The position numbers were made by a program, and so were the translations under genes. DNA of 64,000 bases from Chloroflexota bacterium. Its GTDB lineage: Bacteria > Chloroflexota > Dehalococcoidia > SM23-28-2 > RBG-16-64-32. Under the pieces are notes generated by a model that worked only from the letters and a program-made list of their open reading frames with translations, did no database searches and was not told the origin of the DNA. The DNA lies in NCBI GenBank assembly GCA_036732045.1, contig DAINDD010000002.1, positions 16,089 through 80,088 on the forward strand, given 5' to 3'. Shown in pieces: positions 46,501-56,249 of the stretch; positions within the stretch are counted from its first letter, which is position 1; each line of letters begins with the position of its first letter.

Positions 46501-47297
46501 CTGCTGAAGTTCGGCTCGCGCTTCTCGAGGAACGCCTTCACGGCCTCGGCGTGCTCCGGCTGGCGGCGGGCCTCGCGGATCGAGTAGCCCTCACGCGTGA
46601 CGACGCGACGCAGGTCCGGCTCGACGGCGTTCTCGTGGATGATGCGCTTGGCGGCCCAGACTGCAGAGGCCGGGTTTGCGGCGATCTCTTCGGCCAGCGC
46701 CATCGCCTCATCCATCAGCTTTTCGTGCGGGACGATGCGGTCGATCAGGCCGCGCCGCAGCGCCTCGTCCGCCTCGATGATGCGGCCGGTGAGCGCCATG
46801 TAGAGCGCGTTGCTGATTCCCGCTACGAGCGGTAGGTAGCGCGTGCTGCCGCACTCAGGCGTCAGGCCCACCTTCACGAAGCGCACAGAGAACTTCGCCT
46901 TATCGGAGGCGAGGCGGATGTCGCAGGCCAGCGGCATCGTGAGGCCGATGCCGACGGCGTGGCCGTTGATCGCGGCGATGACGGGCTTGCTGCGGGAGAG
47001 CGCTATCGGCACCTCCGGGCTGCCGTCTTCGGCGGTCAGCGGCGACGGCCCGCGGGGCCCGTTGCGAGCGCCCAGCGCTTCGTTGAAGCCGCTGATGTCG
47101 CCGCCGGCGCAGAACGCTCGCCCGGCCCCCGTGACGACGATGACGTGAACGGACGGGTCGGCGTTGAGCGCCTCGAGCGCGGCGAGGAACTCCTGCTCGA
47201 GCTTCCAGTTCCAGGCGTTGAGTTTGTCCGGCCGGTTGAGCGTGAGGAGGGCGATGCGGCCCTTGTTTTCGACGAGCAGCGTTTCGTAGGTAGCCAT
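46497..47297 (-). CDS. enoyl-CoA hydratase/isomerase (crotonase)
   Basis: Crotonase fold; AINGHAVGIGLTMPLACDIR oxyanion region. Confidence 0.85.
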   Translation of the reverse strand: MATYETLLVENKGRIALLTLNRPDKLNAWNWKLEQEFLAALEALNADPSVHVIVVTGAGRAFCAGGDISGFNEALGARNGPRGPSPLTAEDGSPEVPIALSRSKPVIAAINGHAVGIGLTMPLACDIRLASDKAKFSVRFVKVGLTPECGSTRYLPLVAGISNALYMALTGRIIEADEALRRGLIDRIVPHEKLMDEAMALAEEIAANPASAVWAAKRIIHENAVEPDLRRVVTREGYSIREARRQPEHAEAVKAFLEKREPNFSR

Positions 47298-47400
47298 GGT
47301 GCACCTCTTTCTAGCGGCGGTTCGCACTTTATCAGGCGCGAGGGTGAACTGGGAACTGGGAAACGATACTCTGGGCGATCTCTCGCAGGTCCAAGATTGG

Positions 47401-47620
47401 GGCGCCCTTCTGTGGAAGTCTTGAAGTGGAAGGACTTGAGTGCGTTTGACTGCCCGGCTGAGCCCGAGGCCCAGGCTTGAGGCCGGGTCTCTCCAGTAGG
47501 CGTGCTGTGCTATGGGTCAAAAGTGCGGGTGGAAGCGGGGGCTCCGTTCGACGTGGTCGCCAGTCGGGTCGCCGTTCTGGAGGGGCGAGATTCTTCGCGC
47601 GGCTCAGAATGCACGCGTTG
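47401..47620. repeat. dispersed copy (A) of the GIY-YIG/hmgL-associated repeat family
   Basis: Contains a plus-orientation fragment encoding KWKDLSAFDCPAEP (GIY-YIG C-terminus) and the motif GTCGCCGTTCTGGAGGGGCGAGATTCTTCGCGCGGCTCAGAATGCACG, shared with 49016-49068 and 49666-49718. Confidence 0.6.
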
Positions 47621-47689
47621 TCCGTCGCTATGGACACGTTTTGCGCGTCGAGTATCAATGCCCATTCGGCGACTCAGAGGGGGAAAGCG

Positions 47690-47870
47690 GGTTGATTCGG
47701 TTTGGTAAATTTCGTGTTTTGCGATTACGGCGCGAATCTAGAAGTGCAGTGCGTGTCGAGCAGGGCAATCTCTGCGGATTGCCACGAGTGTTTTGAGTGT
47801 TTACAATTTCGTGCTTTTGAGAATTACGTGTAGATTCTGGAATTGTGGTGCGCGTCTAGCTCATGGCCTA
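47690..47870. repeat. AT-rich tandem direct repeat (2-3 units of about 56 bp)
   Basis: AAATTTCGTGTTTTGCGATTACGGCGCGAATCTAGAAGTGCAGTGCGTGTCGAG versus CAATTTCGTGCTTTTGAGAATTACGTGTAGATTCTGGAATTGTGGTGCGCGTCTAG. Confidence 0.6.
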
Positions 47871-47977
47871 AAGATGCCGTCGTACCCCCGACGTCGCGCC
47901 CCAAGATCGCCTGATCCATTCAGATCAAAGGACGCCATTCAAGCTGTTGGAGATCATGGTCGGCGTCTAGCGGCAGT

Positions 47978-48706
47978 TTAGCCAGCGGTGGTCGACGACT
48001 TCGACTGTGCGGGCTCGGCATCAAGCATGTAGCCGATACCCTGCATCGTCTTGATGATGACCGGCGTGCTCGGATTCGGCTCGAGCTTCCGGCGCAGCCG
48101 GGAAACCCAGACGCGCAGGTATTGCACATCGTCGTGATATTCCGGGCCCCACACCTTGCTCAACAGCTCAGCGTTTAGCATCACTTTGCCGGCATTGGCG
48201 GCAAGGTATTGCAGGAGCAGCCACTCGGTCCGGGTGAGCGAGACGGCTTCCCCGCCGCGGGTCATGATGCGGCGGTCGAGGTCGATTTCGACGTTCTGGA
48301 CTTTGATCACACGCTCGATGCCCTGATTGCCGATCGCGCGACGGAGGACAGCGCGGATGCGGGCGCCCATCTCCTCGGGGCTGAACGGTTTGACGATGTA
48401 GTCGTCGGCGCCCATTTCGAGGCCGCGCACCTTGTCCTGGTCGCTGTCCTTGGCGGCGACCAGGATGATCGGCACGTTCGTCTGCTCGCGGATGCGGCGC
48501 ATGACCTCGAGGCCGGTCATCTCAGGCATGATGACGTCGAGGAGGACGACGTCCGGCCGCTGCTCTTCGACGAGCTTGAGCGCCTCTTCGCCGGTGGCGG
48601 CGGTGATGACTCGGAAGCCCTGGCCCGTGAGCTCCAGCTTCATCAGGCGCAGGATGCCTGCTTCGTCGTCTACGGCGAGTACCAAGGGCTCAGGCGTCAC
48701 AAGCAC
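47978..48706 (-). CDS. OmpR-family response regulator (orphan, no adjacent kinase)
   Basis: Receiver (LAVDDEAG, DVIMPEMTG) + trans_reg_C (GIGYML). Confidence 0.9.
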   Translation of the reverse strand: MLVTPEPLVLAVDDEAGILRLMKLELTGQGFRVITAATGEEALKLVEEQRPDVVLLDVIMPEMTGLEVMRRIREQTNVPIILVAAKDSDQDKVRGLEMGADDYIVKPFSPEEMGARIRAVLRRAIGNQGIERVIKVQNVEIDLDRRIMTRGGEAVSLTRTEWLLLQYLAANAGKVMLNAELLSKVWGPEYHDDVQYLRVWVSRLRRKLEPNPSTPVIIKTMQGIGYMLDAEPAQSKSSTTAG

Positions 48707-48860
48707 TCCTTTTCGGCGCCGGGTCAGAGTCGCTCTCTCTGGCGGGCTGTCTCCGTCGATGACAGCACCAAGTAAACACCACGTAATACAGCCGTTATTG
48801 TAACCGAGCAGCCGTTAGCGCGGCCAGTGACTAGGCGATTGTGCCATGTTGAGGCTACGA

Positions 48861-49160
48861 ACGCGTCGCGGTGCGCTTGACGCGGCCTTCCAGCGGGCGA
48901 TCTGTCATGCTGAGGCGACCGCAGGCCAGTCCGAAGTTGCGAACCTGGAGAGACGGTATTCCGGATCAAACGCGGGTCGGCGGCGGGCATCCGTTTCGAT
49001 GTGATCGCCAGCCGGGTCGTCGTTCCGCAGGGCGAGATTCTTCGCTGCGGCTCAGAAGGACACGCATGGGCGGCTACAGACGCGTCGCGGTGCGCTTGAC
49101 GCGGCCTTCCAGCGGGCGATCTGTCATGTTGAGGCGGTCGCAGGCCAACCCGAAGCATCT
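48861..49160. repeat. two tandem ~220-bp units, each beginning with a ~35-bp duplicate of the hmgL 3' end
   Basis: CGCGTCGCGGTGCGCTTGACGCGGCCTTCCAGCGGGCGATCTGTCATGCTGAGGCGACCGCAGGCCAGTCCGAAG at 48861 and again at 49081. The GCGCTTGACGCGGCCTTCCAGCGGGCG part is identical to hmgL codons at 49733-49766. Unit 1 also carries a GIY-YIG 3'-end fragment and the GAGATTCTTCGCTGCGG hairpin motif. Confidence 0.7.
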
Positions 49161-49163
49161 CGC

Positions 49164-49486
49164 CTACCTGGAAAGACGGTACTCCGGGTCAAACGCGGGC
49201 TCGGTGGGGCAGTCGAACGCACTCAGATCTTTCCACTTGGGATTCTGCGCGGCCACGAGCGCGATCTCCGCCGGACCCAGCCCTTGATCTGCTTCTCCCG
49301 CTCGATCGCGGCAAGGGCGTCGCCGCCCACTTCGAAGTACACGAGGCGAGTCATCTTGTACCGGCTGGTAAATCCCTTCGTGGCTCCGCTCTTGTGTTCC
49401 GTGACGCGGCGTATGAGGTTGTTGGTCACGCCAACATAGAGCGTTCCCGAGTTGTTGGTCATGATGTAGACATAGTAGTCGCGCAC
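49164..49486 (-). pseudogene. GIY-YIG nuclease-family small protein (COG2827 type) with a frameshift
   Basis: N-terminus YYVYIMTNNSGTLYVGVTNNLIRRVTEHK...IEREKQIKGW is in one frame (ORF 49223-49663). The expected C-terminus IALVAAQNPKWKDLSAFDCPTEPAFDPEYRLSR is in another (ORF 49164-49535). Confidence 0.5.
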
Positions 49487-49536
49487 GCCCGGACTGTACG
49501 CAGTGTGGCCGGTTCCCGGAAGTGGCAAATGGCAAT

Positions 49537-49732
49537 GCGACGACATGTCATGCTGAGGCTGCCGCAGGCCAGTCCGAAGCATCTCGCCCAACCGCGAAGA
49601 CGACGACGCTCGCTGGTGAAAGACGCGGCGTTGGGGGACGGGCATCTTTGGCGTTGCCCCCAATTCGGGTCGTCGTTCTGCAGGGCGAGATTCTTCGCTG
49701 CGGTTCAGAATGACACGGGGCGCGGCGCGGTG
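49537..49732. repeat. third unit of the repeat family, between GIY-YIG and hmgL
   Basis: TGTCATGCTGAGGCTGCCGCAGGCCAGTCCGAAGCATCTCGCC ... GTCGTCGTTCTGCAGGGCGAGATTCTTCGCTGCGGTTCAGAATGACACG, matching the units at 48901 and 49121. Confidence 0.6.
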
Positions 49733-50613
49733 CGCTTGACGCGGCCTTCCAGCGGGCGGCCGATGATGTCCTCCGCAAGCCAGGCGGCATCCAGGAGCGC
49801 CATCTCGTCCACACCGGTGGCGATCCCCATACGGTGCAGCATCGACACCATGTCCTCCGTCGCAACGTTACCGGAGGCGCCCGGTGCGTACGGGCAGCCG
49901 CCAAGGCCGCCGATCGAGCCGTCAAACTGCGCCGCGCCGGCTTGCATCGCGGTGACGACGTTGGCCAGCGCCATCCCGCGCGTGTCATGGAAGTGCAGTC
50001 GTATCTCGACCGCCGGCATCTGCTCAGCGAGGCGCGTGACAAGCTCGAACACCTGGCGCGGGTTGCCGACGCCGATCGTATCGCCCAGCGCGATGGCGCT
50101 GGCGCCGCCGTCCCGCAGCTCACGGGCGATCTCCAGCACGCGCTCCGGGGCGACCTCGCCCTCGTACGGGCAGCCGAAGGCCGTCGAGATGTAACCGCTC
50201 CAAGGGACCCCTGCTTCGGTCGCCAGCGCGGCGACGTTGCGGATCGCCTCCAGCGACTCGGCGACGCTGCGGTTGACGTTGGCGCGGTTGTGCGCTTCGC
50301 TGGCGGAGACGACGACGGCGATCTCGTCGACGCGCGCCTCGATGGCGTTCCGCGCGCCGGTCTCGTTTGGGACAAGGCCGATGTAGGTCACGCCGGGCCG
50401 GCGCTCGATCGCGGCCATCACCTCGGAGGCGTTGGTCATCTGGGGGATCGCCTTCGCGCTCACAAAAGACGCTGCTTCAATGCGCGCGATGTCGGTCCGC
50501 GAGAGCGCATCGATCAGCCGCACTTTGTCTTCGAGCGAGATGATGCGCGACTCGTTCTGCAGTCCGTCGCGCGGGCCGACTTCGGTGATGGTGACGTGTG
50601 GCGGCCACTTCAC
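49705..50613 (-). CDS. hydroxymethylglutaryl-CoA lyase
   Basis: TIM-barrel HMGL family (VTITEVGPRDGLQNE...). Confidence 0.9.
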   Translation of the reverse strand: MKWPPHVTITEVGPRDGLQNESRIISLEDKVRLIDALSRTDIARIEAASFVSAKAIPQMTNASEVMAAIERRPGVTYIGLVPNETGARNAIEARVDEIAVVVSASEAHNRANVNRSVAESLEAIRNVAALATEAGVPWSGYISTAFGCPYEGEVAPERVLEIARELRDGGASAIALGDTIGVGNPRQVFELVTRLAEQMPAVEIRLHFHDTRGMALANVVTAMQAGAAQFDGSIGGLGGCPYAPGASGNVATEDMVSMLHRMGIATGVDEMALLDAAWLAEDIIGRPLEGRVKRTAPRPVSF

Positions 50614-52592
50614 GCGGGCTCCTCCTGCTTGTCCTGGTCGAGCTCGACCAGCAGCTGGCCTTCGGAGACGCGGCCGCCCTCTGCGCAGTGCACGGCCTTG
50701 ACGACGCCGTCGTGCGGCGCCTCTATCGAATGCTCCATCTTCATTGCTTCCAGCACGACAAGCGTCTGGTGGGCACGCACTCTGTCGCCGGGCTTGACCA
50801 GCACCTTGAGCACGAGCCCGGGCATCGGCGCCATCAGGCCGTGCTGGCGGTGATCGACGGCGGAGCGAACGCGGTCTCCGGACGTCCAGGCGAACTGATA
50901 ACGGTGGGCGGCGGTCATCACCTCGATGCCGCTGGCGCCGACTGACACGCGGGCGCTGACGGCCTGTCCGTCGTGCTCGACCAGGATGTGGTCGCCGGCC
51001 GCGCGGGAGAAGCGGACGTTCCGCGCCTCCTGGCGGTCGACGGCGACGTTCCAGAGGTGACGCTCGCCCGGGGCGCGCTGCGCAAGAAGGACACGCACGA
51101 CCCCGGCGTACTCAAGGTCGAGGCGGGCGACGCCGCCGGCCCCGGTCGGCCCGGCGGCGCGCCAGGGATCAGCCTGGTCGTCGGCGACCAGGAGGAAGCC
51201 CAACGCGGCCGTCATCGCCTCGTCCGCTGTCGCGGGCGGCGCTTCGGCGGAGAGCTGCGTGTCGAGGAAGTCGGTTGTTACCCGGCCCGCGCGGAATACT
51301 GGATGCGTGACGATGGTCTGCAGGAATTCGAGGTTCGTCTTCACGCCTTCGACCCGGTAGCGGGACAGCGCGCGCTCCATGCGCTCGATCGCCTCTACCC
51401 GGCTCGGCGCGAACGTGAGCAGCTTCGAGATCATCGGGTCGTAGTACGTCGAGATCTCGTCGCCTTCGTAGGTGCCGACGTCGTTGCGGACGCCGCGGCC
51501 GCGCGGCAGGCGCACCTTCGTGATCGTGCCAGGGCTCGGAAGGTAGCCCTTTTGCGGGTCCTCGGCGTAGACGCGGCATTCGATGGCGTGGCCGTCGAAG
51601 CGCACGCCGTCCTGGGCGAAGGGCAGGGGCTGGCCGGACGCGATCGACAGTTGCTGCGCGACGAGGTCGAGGCCGGTGCGCAGCTCCGTGACGCCGTGCT
51701 CCACCTGTAGGCGGGTGTTCATCTCCAGGAAGTAGAATTCGCCGCCCGCGTCCAGCATGAACTCGACGGTGCCGGCGTTGACATAACCCACCGCCGACGC
51801 CAGCCGCACCGCCGCCTCGCCCATCCGTGTGCGCAGCGCCTCATCGACGGCGGGCGATGGCGACTCTTCGATCACTTTCTGGTGGCGGCGCTGCGTCGAG
51901 CAGTCGCGCTCACCGAGGTGGACGACGTTGCCGCGGGAGTCGGCGAGCACCTGGATCTCGATGTGGCGCCCGCCGACGATGGCCTTCTCCAGGATCAGGG
52001 CGCCGTTTCCGAACGCACGGTCGGCCTCCCGGCGCGCGCTCTCCGCCGCTTCCGCGAACGCCTTCTTCGACTCGACGAGGCGCATGCCGCGGCCACCCCC
52101 GCCGGCTGCCGCCTTGATCATCACCGGCCAGCCGATCTGCTGTGCGCGCGCCTGCAGCGCCTCGATCGTCTGCTCCTCGCCGTCGTAGCCGGGGACCGTC
52201 GGGACGTCGTGCGCCTGCGCGAGGCGGCGCGCCGCGGCCTTGTCGCCCATTGTGCGGATGACCTGCGCCGGCGGGCCGATGAACGTGATCCCGGCCGCTT
52301 CGCAGGCTTCGGGGAGCGCGGGGTTCTCGGAGAGCAGGCCGTAGCCGGGGTGCAGCGCGTCGGCCTTCGTGTCGAGCGCGGCCTTGATGATCGCTTCGAT
52401 GTTCAGGTAGCTCTCGCTGGCCGGCGACGGGCCGATGTAGACGGCGCGGTCGCACTCCAGCACGTGCAGCGCGCGCCGGTCCGCGTCCGAGTAAACGGCC
52501 ACGGTCTCGATGCCGAGCGCGCGGCAGGTCTTGGCGATGCGGACGGCGATCTCGCCGCGGTTGGCGATGAGGACGCGGGTGATGGCGGTCAT
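50610..52592 (-). CDS. biotin-dependent acyl-CoA carboxylase alpha subunit (biotin carboxylase + BCCP; methylcrotonyl-CoA carboxylase-like)
   Basis: Biotin carboxylase ATP-grasp domain. C-terminal biotinyl domain with EAMKME. Start at the internal MTAITRVLIANRGEIA. Confidence 0.9.
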   Translation of the reverse strand: MTAITRVLIANRGEIAVRIAKTCRALGIETVAVYSDADRRALHVLECDRAVYIGPSPASESYLNIEAIIKAALDTKADALHPGYGLLSENPALPEACEAAGITFIGPPAQVIRTMGDKAAARRLAQAHDVPTVPGYDGEEQTIEALQARAQQIGWPVMIKAAAGGGGRGMRLVESKKAFAEAAESARREADRAFGNGALILEKAIVGGRHIEIQVLADSRGNVVHLGERDCSTQRRHQKVIEESPSPAVDEALRTRMGEAAVRLASAVGYVNAGTVEFMLDAGGEFYFLEMNTRLQVEHGVTELRTGLDLVAQQLSIASGQPLPFAQDGVRFDGHAIECRVYAEDPQKGYLPSPGTITKVRLPRGRGVRNDVGTYEGDEISTYYDPMISKLLTFAPSRVEAIERMERALSRYRVEGVKTNLEFLQTIVTHPVFRAGRVTTDFLDTQLSAEAPPATADEAMTAALGFLLVADDQADPWRAAGPTGAGGVARLDLEYAGVVRVLLAQRAPGERHLWNVAVDRQEARNVRFSRAAGDHILVEHDGQAVSARVSVGASGIEVMTAAHRYQFAWTSGDRVRSAVDHRQHGLMAPMPGLVLKVLVKPGDRVRAHQTLVVLEAMKMEHSIEAPHDGVVKAVHCAEGGRVSEGQLLVELDQDKQEEPA

Positions 52593-53446
52593 TCGCGGCC
52601 GCCCGAGACGTCCCGCCGGGACGAGACGTCCCACCGGGACGTCTCTACATTCGTCGCCCACGCTGGCTGGCGCTTTTCGAGGAATGCTGCGACGCCCTCG
52701 CGTCCTTCGGCTGACGCGCGGATGGCCGAGATTAGCTCGGACGTGTAGGCGTCAACGGCAGCGTCAGGGCTGGGGCCCTGACCCATGAGCCTTGTCACAC
52801 GCCGCACGAGCGTCTTGATCGACGCCTGCGCCGCCGGACTGCCCGCGAGCAGCGCTTCGACCGTTGAGGCGACGGTGGCGTCCAGCTCGGCGTCCGCGAC
52901 GGCGCGGTGGACTAGGCCAATGCGCTCGGCGCAGGCGGCGTCGAACCGCTCGCCCGTCAGGAATAGCGGCAGCGCGCGACCGAGGCCGATCTTCTCGATG
53001 ACGTGCGGGGCGATGGTCGCCGGCGCGAGGCCGAGGCGGACTTCTGAAAACGCAAACATCGCCGACTCCGCTGCGATCGCAATGTCAGCGGCTGCCGCAA
53101 GCCCTGCGCCACCTCCTATCGCTGCACGTTGCACGCGCGCAACGACCGGCTTCGGACATTCGGAGACGGCGCGGAGCATCGCGGCGAGGCGCTGGGCGTC
53201 GGCGCGGTTGTCGGCTTCGCTGGCAGAGGCCATGCGGCGCATCCAGTCGAGGTCAGCGCCGGCGGAGAACGACTTGCCGTCGCCGGCGAGCACGATGACG
53301 CGCACGGCGTCGTCCGCGCTGAGCTCCTGGAAGGTGGCGTGCAGTTCGGCGATCAGCGCCTCGTTGAAAGCGTTGTGCACCTCTGGCCGCGCCATCGTGA
53401 CGGTGGCGACGGGGCCGCGCTGGGAGACGGTTAGATGTTCGCCCAT
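52589..53446 (-). CDS. enoyl-CoA hydratase (methylglutaconyl-CoA hydratase-like)
   Basis: Crotonase fold. Stop/start overlap with the carboxylase alpha gene. Confidence 0.85.
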   Translation of the reverse strand: MGEHLTVSQRGPVATVTMARPEVHNAFNEALIAELHATFQELSADDAVRVIVLAGDGKSFSAGADLDWMRRMASASEADNRADAQRLAAMLRAVSECPKPVVARVQRAAIGGGAGLAAAADIAIAAESAMFAFSEVRLGLAPATIAPHVIEKIGLGRALPLFLTGERFDAACAERIGLVHRAVADAELDATVASTVEALLAGSPAAQASIKTLVRRVTRLMGQGPSPDAAVDAYTSELISAIRASAEGREGVAAFLEKRQPAWATNVETSRWDVSSRRDVSGGRE

Positions 53447-53524
53447 GTTTCGATTGCCTGGCCTAAACCGCCAGCCTGATTCAGTTGGTTCAGGCCGATG
53501 AACTCGAATCTTTCGATTCCCCGA

Positions 53525-53811
53525 TCATAGATGATGTTCAACCTCCACGAGGTTCCATGAGAGGCGGAACCACCCGGGACGGTCGACCGTCGCCTTCTTT
53601 ACAGCGGACTTGTCGATTGTCACCCGTCCGAAGCCGAACTGAACCCACGATGGCGTCCAGATCAGTCTAGATGACGTCAGATGGAGATCTCCGAGAACGC
53701 AACCACCGAATACTCTCCGAAAGCACAGCGACGATGAGATGATCTCTTCCCCACTAGCGAGGCTCACCTTTCTGGTCGACCAGTGCCCGGCATATCGCCG
53801 TTCGGCCATCA
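53525..53811 (-). CDS. hypothetical small protein (95 aa), translationally coupled to the carboxyltransferase gene
   Basis: ATGATG start abuts the upstream TGA. Lower-GC, aromatic-rich tail (LIWTPSWVQFGFGRVTIDKS...). The remainder of the 358-aa track ORF is an out-of-frame overlap and is rejected. Confidence 0.3.
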
Positions 53812-55485
53812 TCACATACGGAACACGCCGAACTGCGTGTCCGGGATCGGTGCGTTGGCGGCGGCGGCGAGGCCCAGCGCCAGGTGCATGCGCGTGTCCA
53901 GCGGGTCGATGATGCCGTCGTCCCAGAGGCGGGCCGTGCTGTAGTAGGCGCTGCCCTCCTTCTCGTACTTGTCGAGGATCGGGGCCATGAACTCGTCTTG
54001 CTCTTCGGTCGTCATGTCGTGGCCGTCCGCGCGCATGTTCTCCAGCCGCACGGAGAGCAGCACGCTGGAGGCCTGCGCGCCGCCCATCACGCTGATCTGC
54101 GCGTTGGGCCACATCCAGAGGAAGCGCGGCGCGTACGCGCGGCCGCACATCGCGTAGTTGCCCGCGCCGAACGAGCCACCGACGATAAGGGTGAACTTCG
54201 GAACCTCGGCGGAGGCGACGGCGGTCACCATCTTCGCGCCGTGCTTGGCTATGCCTTCGTGCTCGTACTTCTTGCCGACCATAAAGCCGGTGATGTTCTG
54301 CAGAAAGACGAGCGGGATTTTGCGGCGGCAGCACATCTCGATGAAGTGCGCCCCCTTGAGCGCGCTTTCGGAGAACAGGATGCCGTTGTTGGCGATGATC
54401 CCCACCGGGTAACCCATCACCCGCGCGAAGCCGCAGACCAGCGTCATCCCGTAAGTCGACTTGAACTCGTGGAAGCGACTGCCATCCACTATGCGGGCGA
54501 TAATCTCGCGCACGTCGTAGGAGCGGCGGGGGTCGTGCGGGACGACGCCGTATAACTCGTCCGCGTCGTAGGCGGGCGGCTCCGGCGGCGTCAGCTCCCA
54601 CGGCAGCTCTCGCGGCGGCTTGCCGAGGTTGGCGACGATGCTGCGAACGATCGAGAGCGCCTCCGCGTCGTTCTCCGCGAAGTGGTCGGCGACGCCAGAG
54701 ATCGCGGTGTGCACCTCGGCGCCGCCGAGATCTTCCGCTGTCACTTGCTCGCCGGTCGCGGCCTTCACGAGAGGCGGCCCGCCGAGGAAGATCGTGCCGG
54801 TGCCTTCGACGATGACGGTCTCGTCGCTCATGGCCGGGACGTAGGCGCCGCCGGCCGTGCAGGAGCCCATGACGGCGGCGACCTGCGGGATGCCTTTCGC
54901 GGACATCCGAGCCTGGTTATAGAAGATGCGGCCGAAGTGGTCGCGGTCCGGGAAGACGTCGGCCTGCATCGGCAGAAAGGCGCCGCCCGAATCGACCAGG
55001 TAGATGCACGGCAGATGGTTCTGCTCGGCGATCTCCTGCGCGCGGACGTGCTTCTTGACCGTCAGCGGGTAGTAGGTGCCGCCTTTCACGGTGGCGTCGT
55101 TGGCGATGATCACGCACTCGCGCCCGCAGACGCGGCCAACGCCGGTGACGATGCCCGCGGAGGGGGCCTCGCCGCCGTACAGGTCGGTAGCCGCCAGCGG
55201 ACTCAGCTCGAGGAAGCCGGTGCCGGGATCGAGCAGCCGGTGGACGCGCTCGCGTGCGGTCATCTTGCCGCGAGAGCGATGCCGCCGCACCTGCACGCGT
55301 CCGCCGCCTTCGCGGACGACGCGGAGGGCCGCCTGCAGCCCTTCGACGAGCGAGGCCATGTGCTCGCGGTTGACCTTGAACTCTGGATCTGCGGCGCTAA
55401 TGGTCGTCGGCAGGACGGGCACCGCCGCGCTCTCCAGGAAGGCCCGGGCGTCAGCGCCATCACGATGCTGGCCGGTGGTTGTCAC
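53812..55485 (-). CDS. acyl-CoA carboxylase carboxyltransferase (beta) subunit (methylcrotonyl-CoA carboxylase beta-like)
   Basis: Carboxyl transferase N/C domains, characteristic pattern. Confidence 0.9.
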   Translation of the reverse strand: MTTTGQHRDGADARAFLESAAVPVLPTTISAADPEFKVNREHMASLVEGLQAALRVVREGGGRVQVRRHRSRGKMTARERVHRLLDPGTGFLELSPLAATDLYGGEAPSAGIVTGVGRVCGRECVIIANDATVKGGTYYPLTVKKHVRAQEIAEQNHLPCIYLVDSGGAFLPMQADVFPDRDHFGRIFYNQARMSAKGIPQVAAVMGSCTAGGAYVPAMSDETVIVEGTGTIFLGGPPLVKAATGEQVTAEDLGGAEVHTAISGVADHFAENDAEALSIVRSIVANLGKPPRELPWELTPPEPPAYDADELYGVVPHDPRRSYDVREIIARIVDGSRFHEFKSTYGMTLVCGFARVMGYPVGIIANNGILFSESALKGAHFIEMCCRRKIPLVFLQNITGFMVGKKYEHEGIAKHGAKMVTAVASAEVPKFTLIVGGSFGAGNYAMCGRAYAPRFLWMWPNAQISVMGGAQASSVLLSVRLENMRADGHDMTTEEQDEFMAPILDKYEKEGSAYYSTARLWDDGIIDPLDTRMHLALGLAAAANAPIPDTQFGVFRM

Positions 55486-56189
55486 GACACCGGTTCCGCG
55501 CGCATCCGGGAGGCGACGGGGAGTCCGAGGGACACGTCTTCGCCGTTTACATGCAGGACGAGTAGGCCAGCGGAGGGCACGCGGTCGTTGACTACCACCG
55601 GCTGGCCCGGCTTGAGGCCGTGCTTGTCCAGGTAGTGCAGAAGCTCGAGGTCCTCCTCCAGCTCTTCGGAGATGAAGCGCACCGTCATCCGCTCGCCCAC
55701 CTCGAACGTGTCCATCGGGCGCCAGGACGGGTCCAGCGTGGCGCCCGTGCCGGGGATCGGGCTGCCGTGCGGGCAGGTCGTCGGATTGCCGAGCAGCTTG
55801 ACGATGCTGGCCTCGATCACAGGCGTCATGCCGTGCTCGAAGTGGTGCGCCTCTTCGTGCGCCTCCGCCCAGCCCAGGCCGAGTACGTCGTTTAGAAAGC
55901 GCTCTGAAAGGCGGTGCCGGCGCGCGACGCTCTCCGCCAACTCGCGGCCGTGGGGAGTCAGGTGGATCGTCTTCTTGTCGTCGATCTCGACCATGCCGCT
56001 TTTGTGCATCCGCTGGACAGTGGCCCAGGCCGTCGGCGGGGTCACTCGCATCCAGCGTGCCAGCCGGGCCGAGATGATGCGCTCGCCTTCCGTCTCAAGG
56101 CTATACATCGACTGAAGGTAGTCTTCGATCGTCGCGGACGGACGCTCGTCCGCGTTTTCGTGTGGCATCGGGACCTCCGAGGCCAGCAT
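55482..56189 (-). CDS. DtxR/MntR/IdeR-family metal-dependent transcriptional regulator with a C-terminal FeoA/SH3-like domain
   Basis: HTH ([20 protein letters not shown]) and metal-site residues (EEAHHFEH). Confidence 0.8.
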   Translation of the reverse strand: MLASEVPMPHENADERPSATIEDYLQSMYSLETEGERIISARLARWMRVTPPTAWATVQRMHKSGMVEIDDKKTIHLTPHGRELAESVARRHRLSERFLNDVLGLGWAEAHEEAHHFEHGMTPVIEASIVKLLGNPTTCPHGSPIPGTGATLDPSWRPMDTFEVGERMTVRFISEELEEDLELLHYLDKHGLKPGQPVVVNDRVPSAGLLVLHVNGEDVSLGLPVASRMRAEPVS

Positions 56190-56249
56190 ATGCTTACCCA
56201 GAAGGCGCGCCTAGAGAGCGGTGAGGATATTAGTAAAGCTTAGCAAATG

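Noticed and set aside
53525-54601. 358-aa minus-strand ORF
   Set aside because: Overlaps the carboxyltransferase gene on the same strand in another frame. Only the last 95 codons (downstream of the carboxyltransferase stop) are considered a possible small gene.
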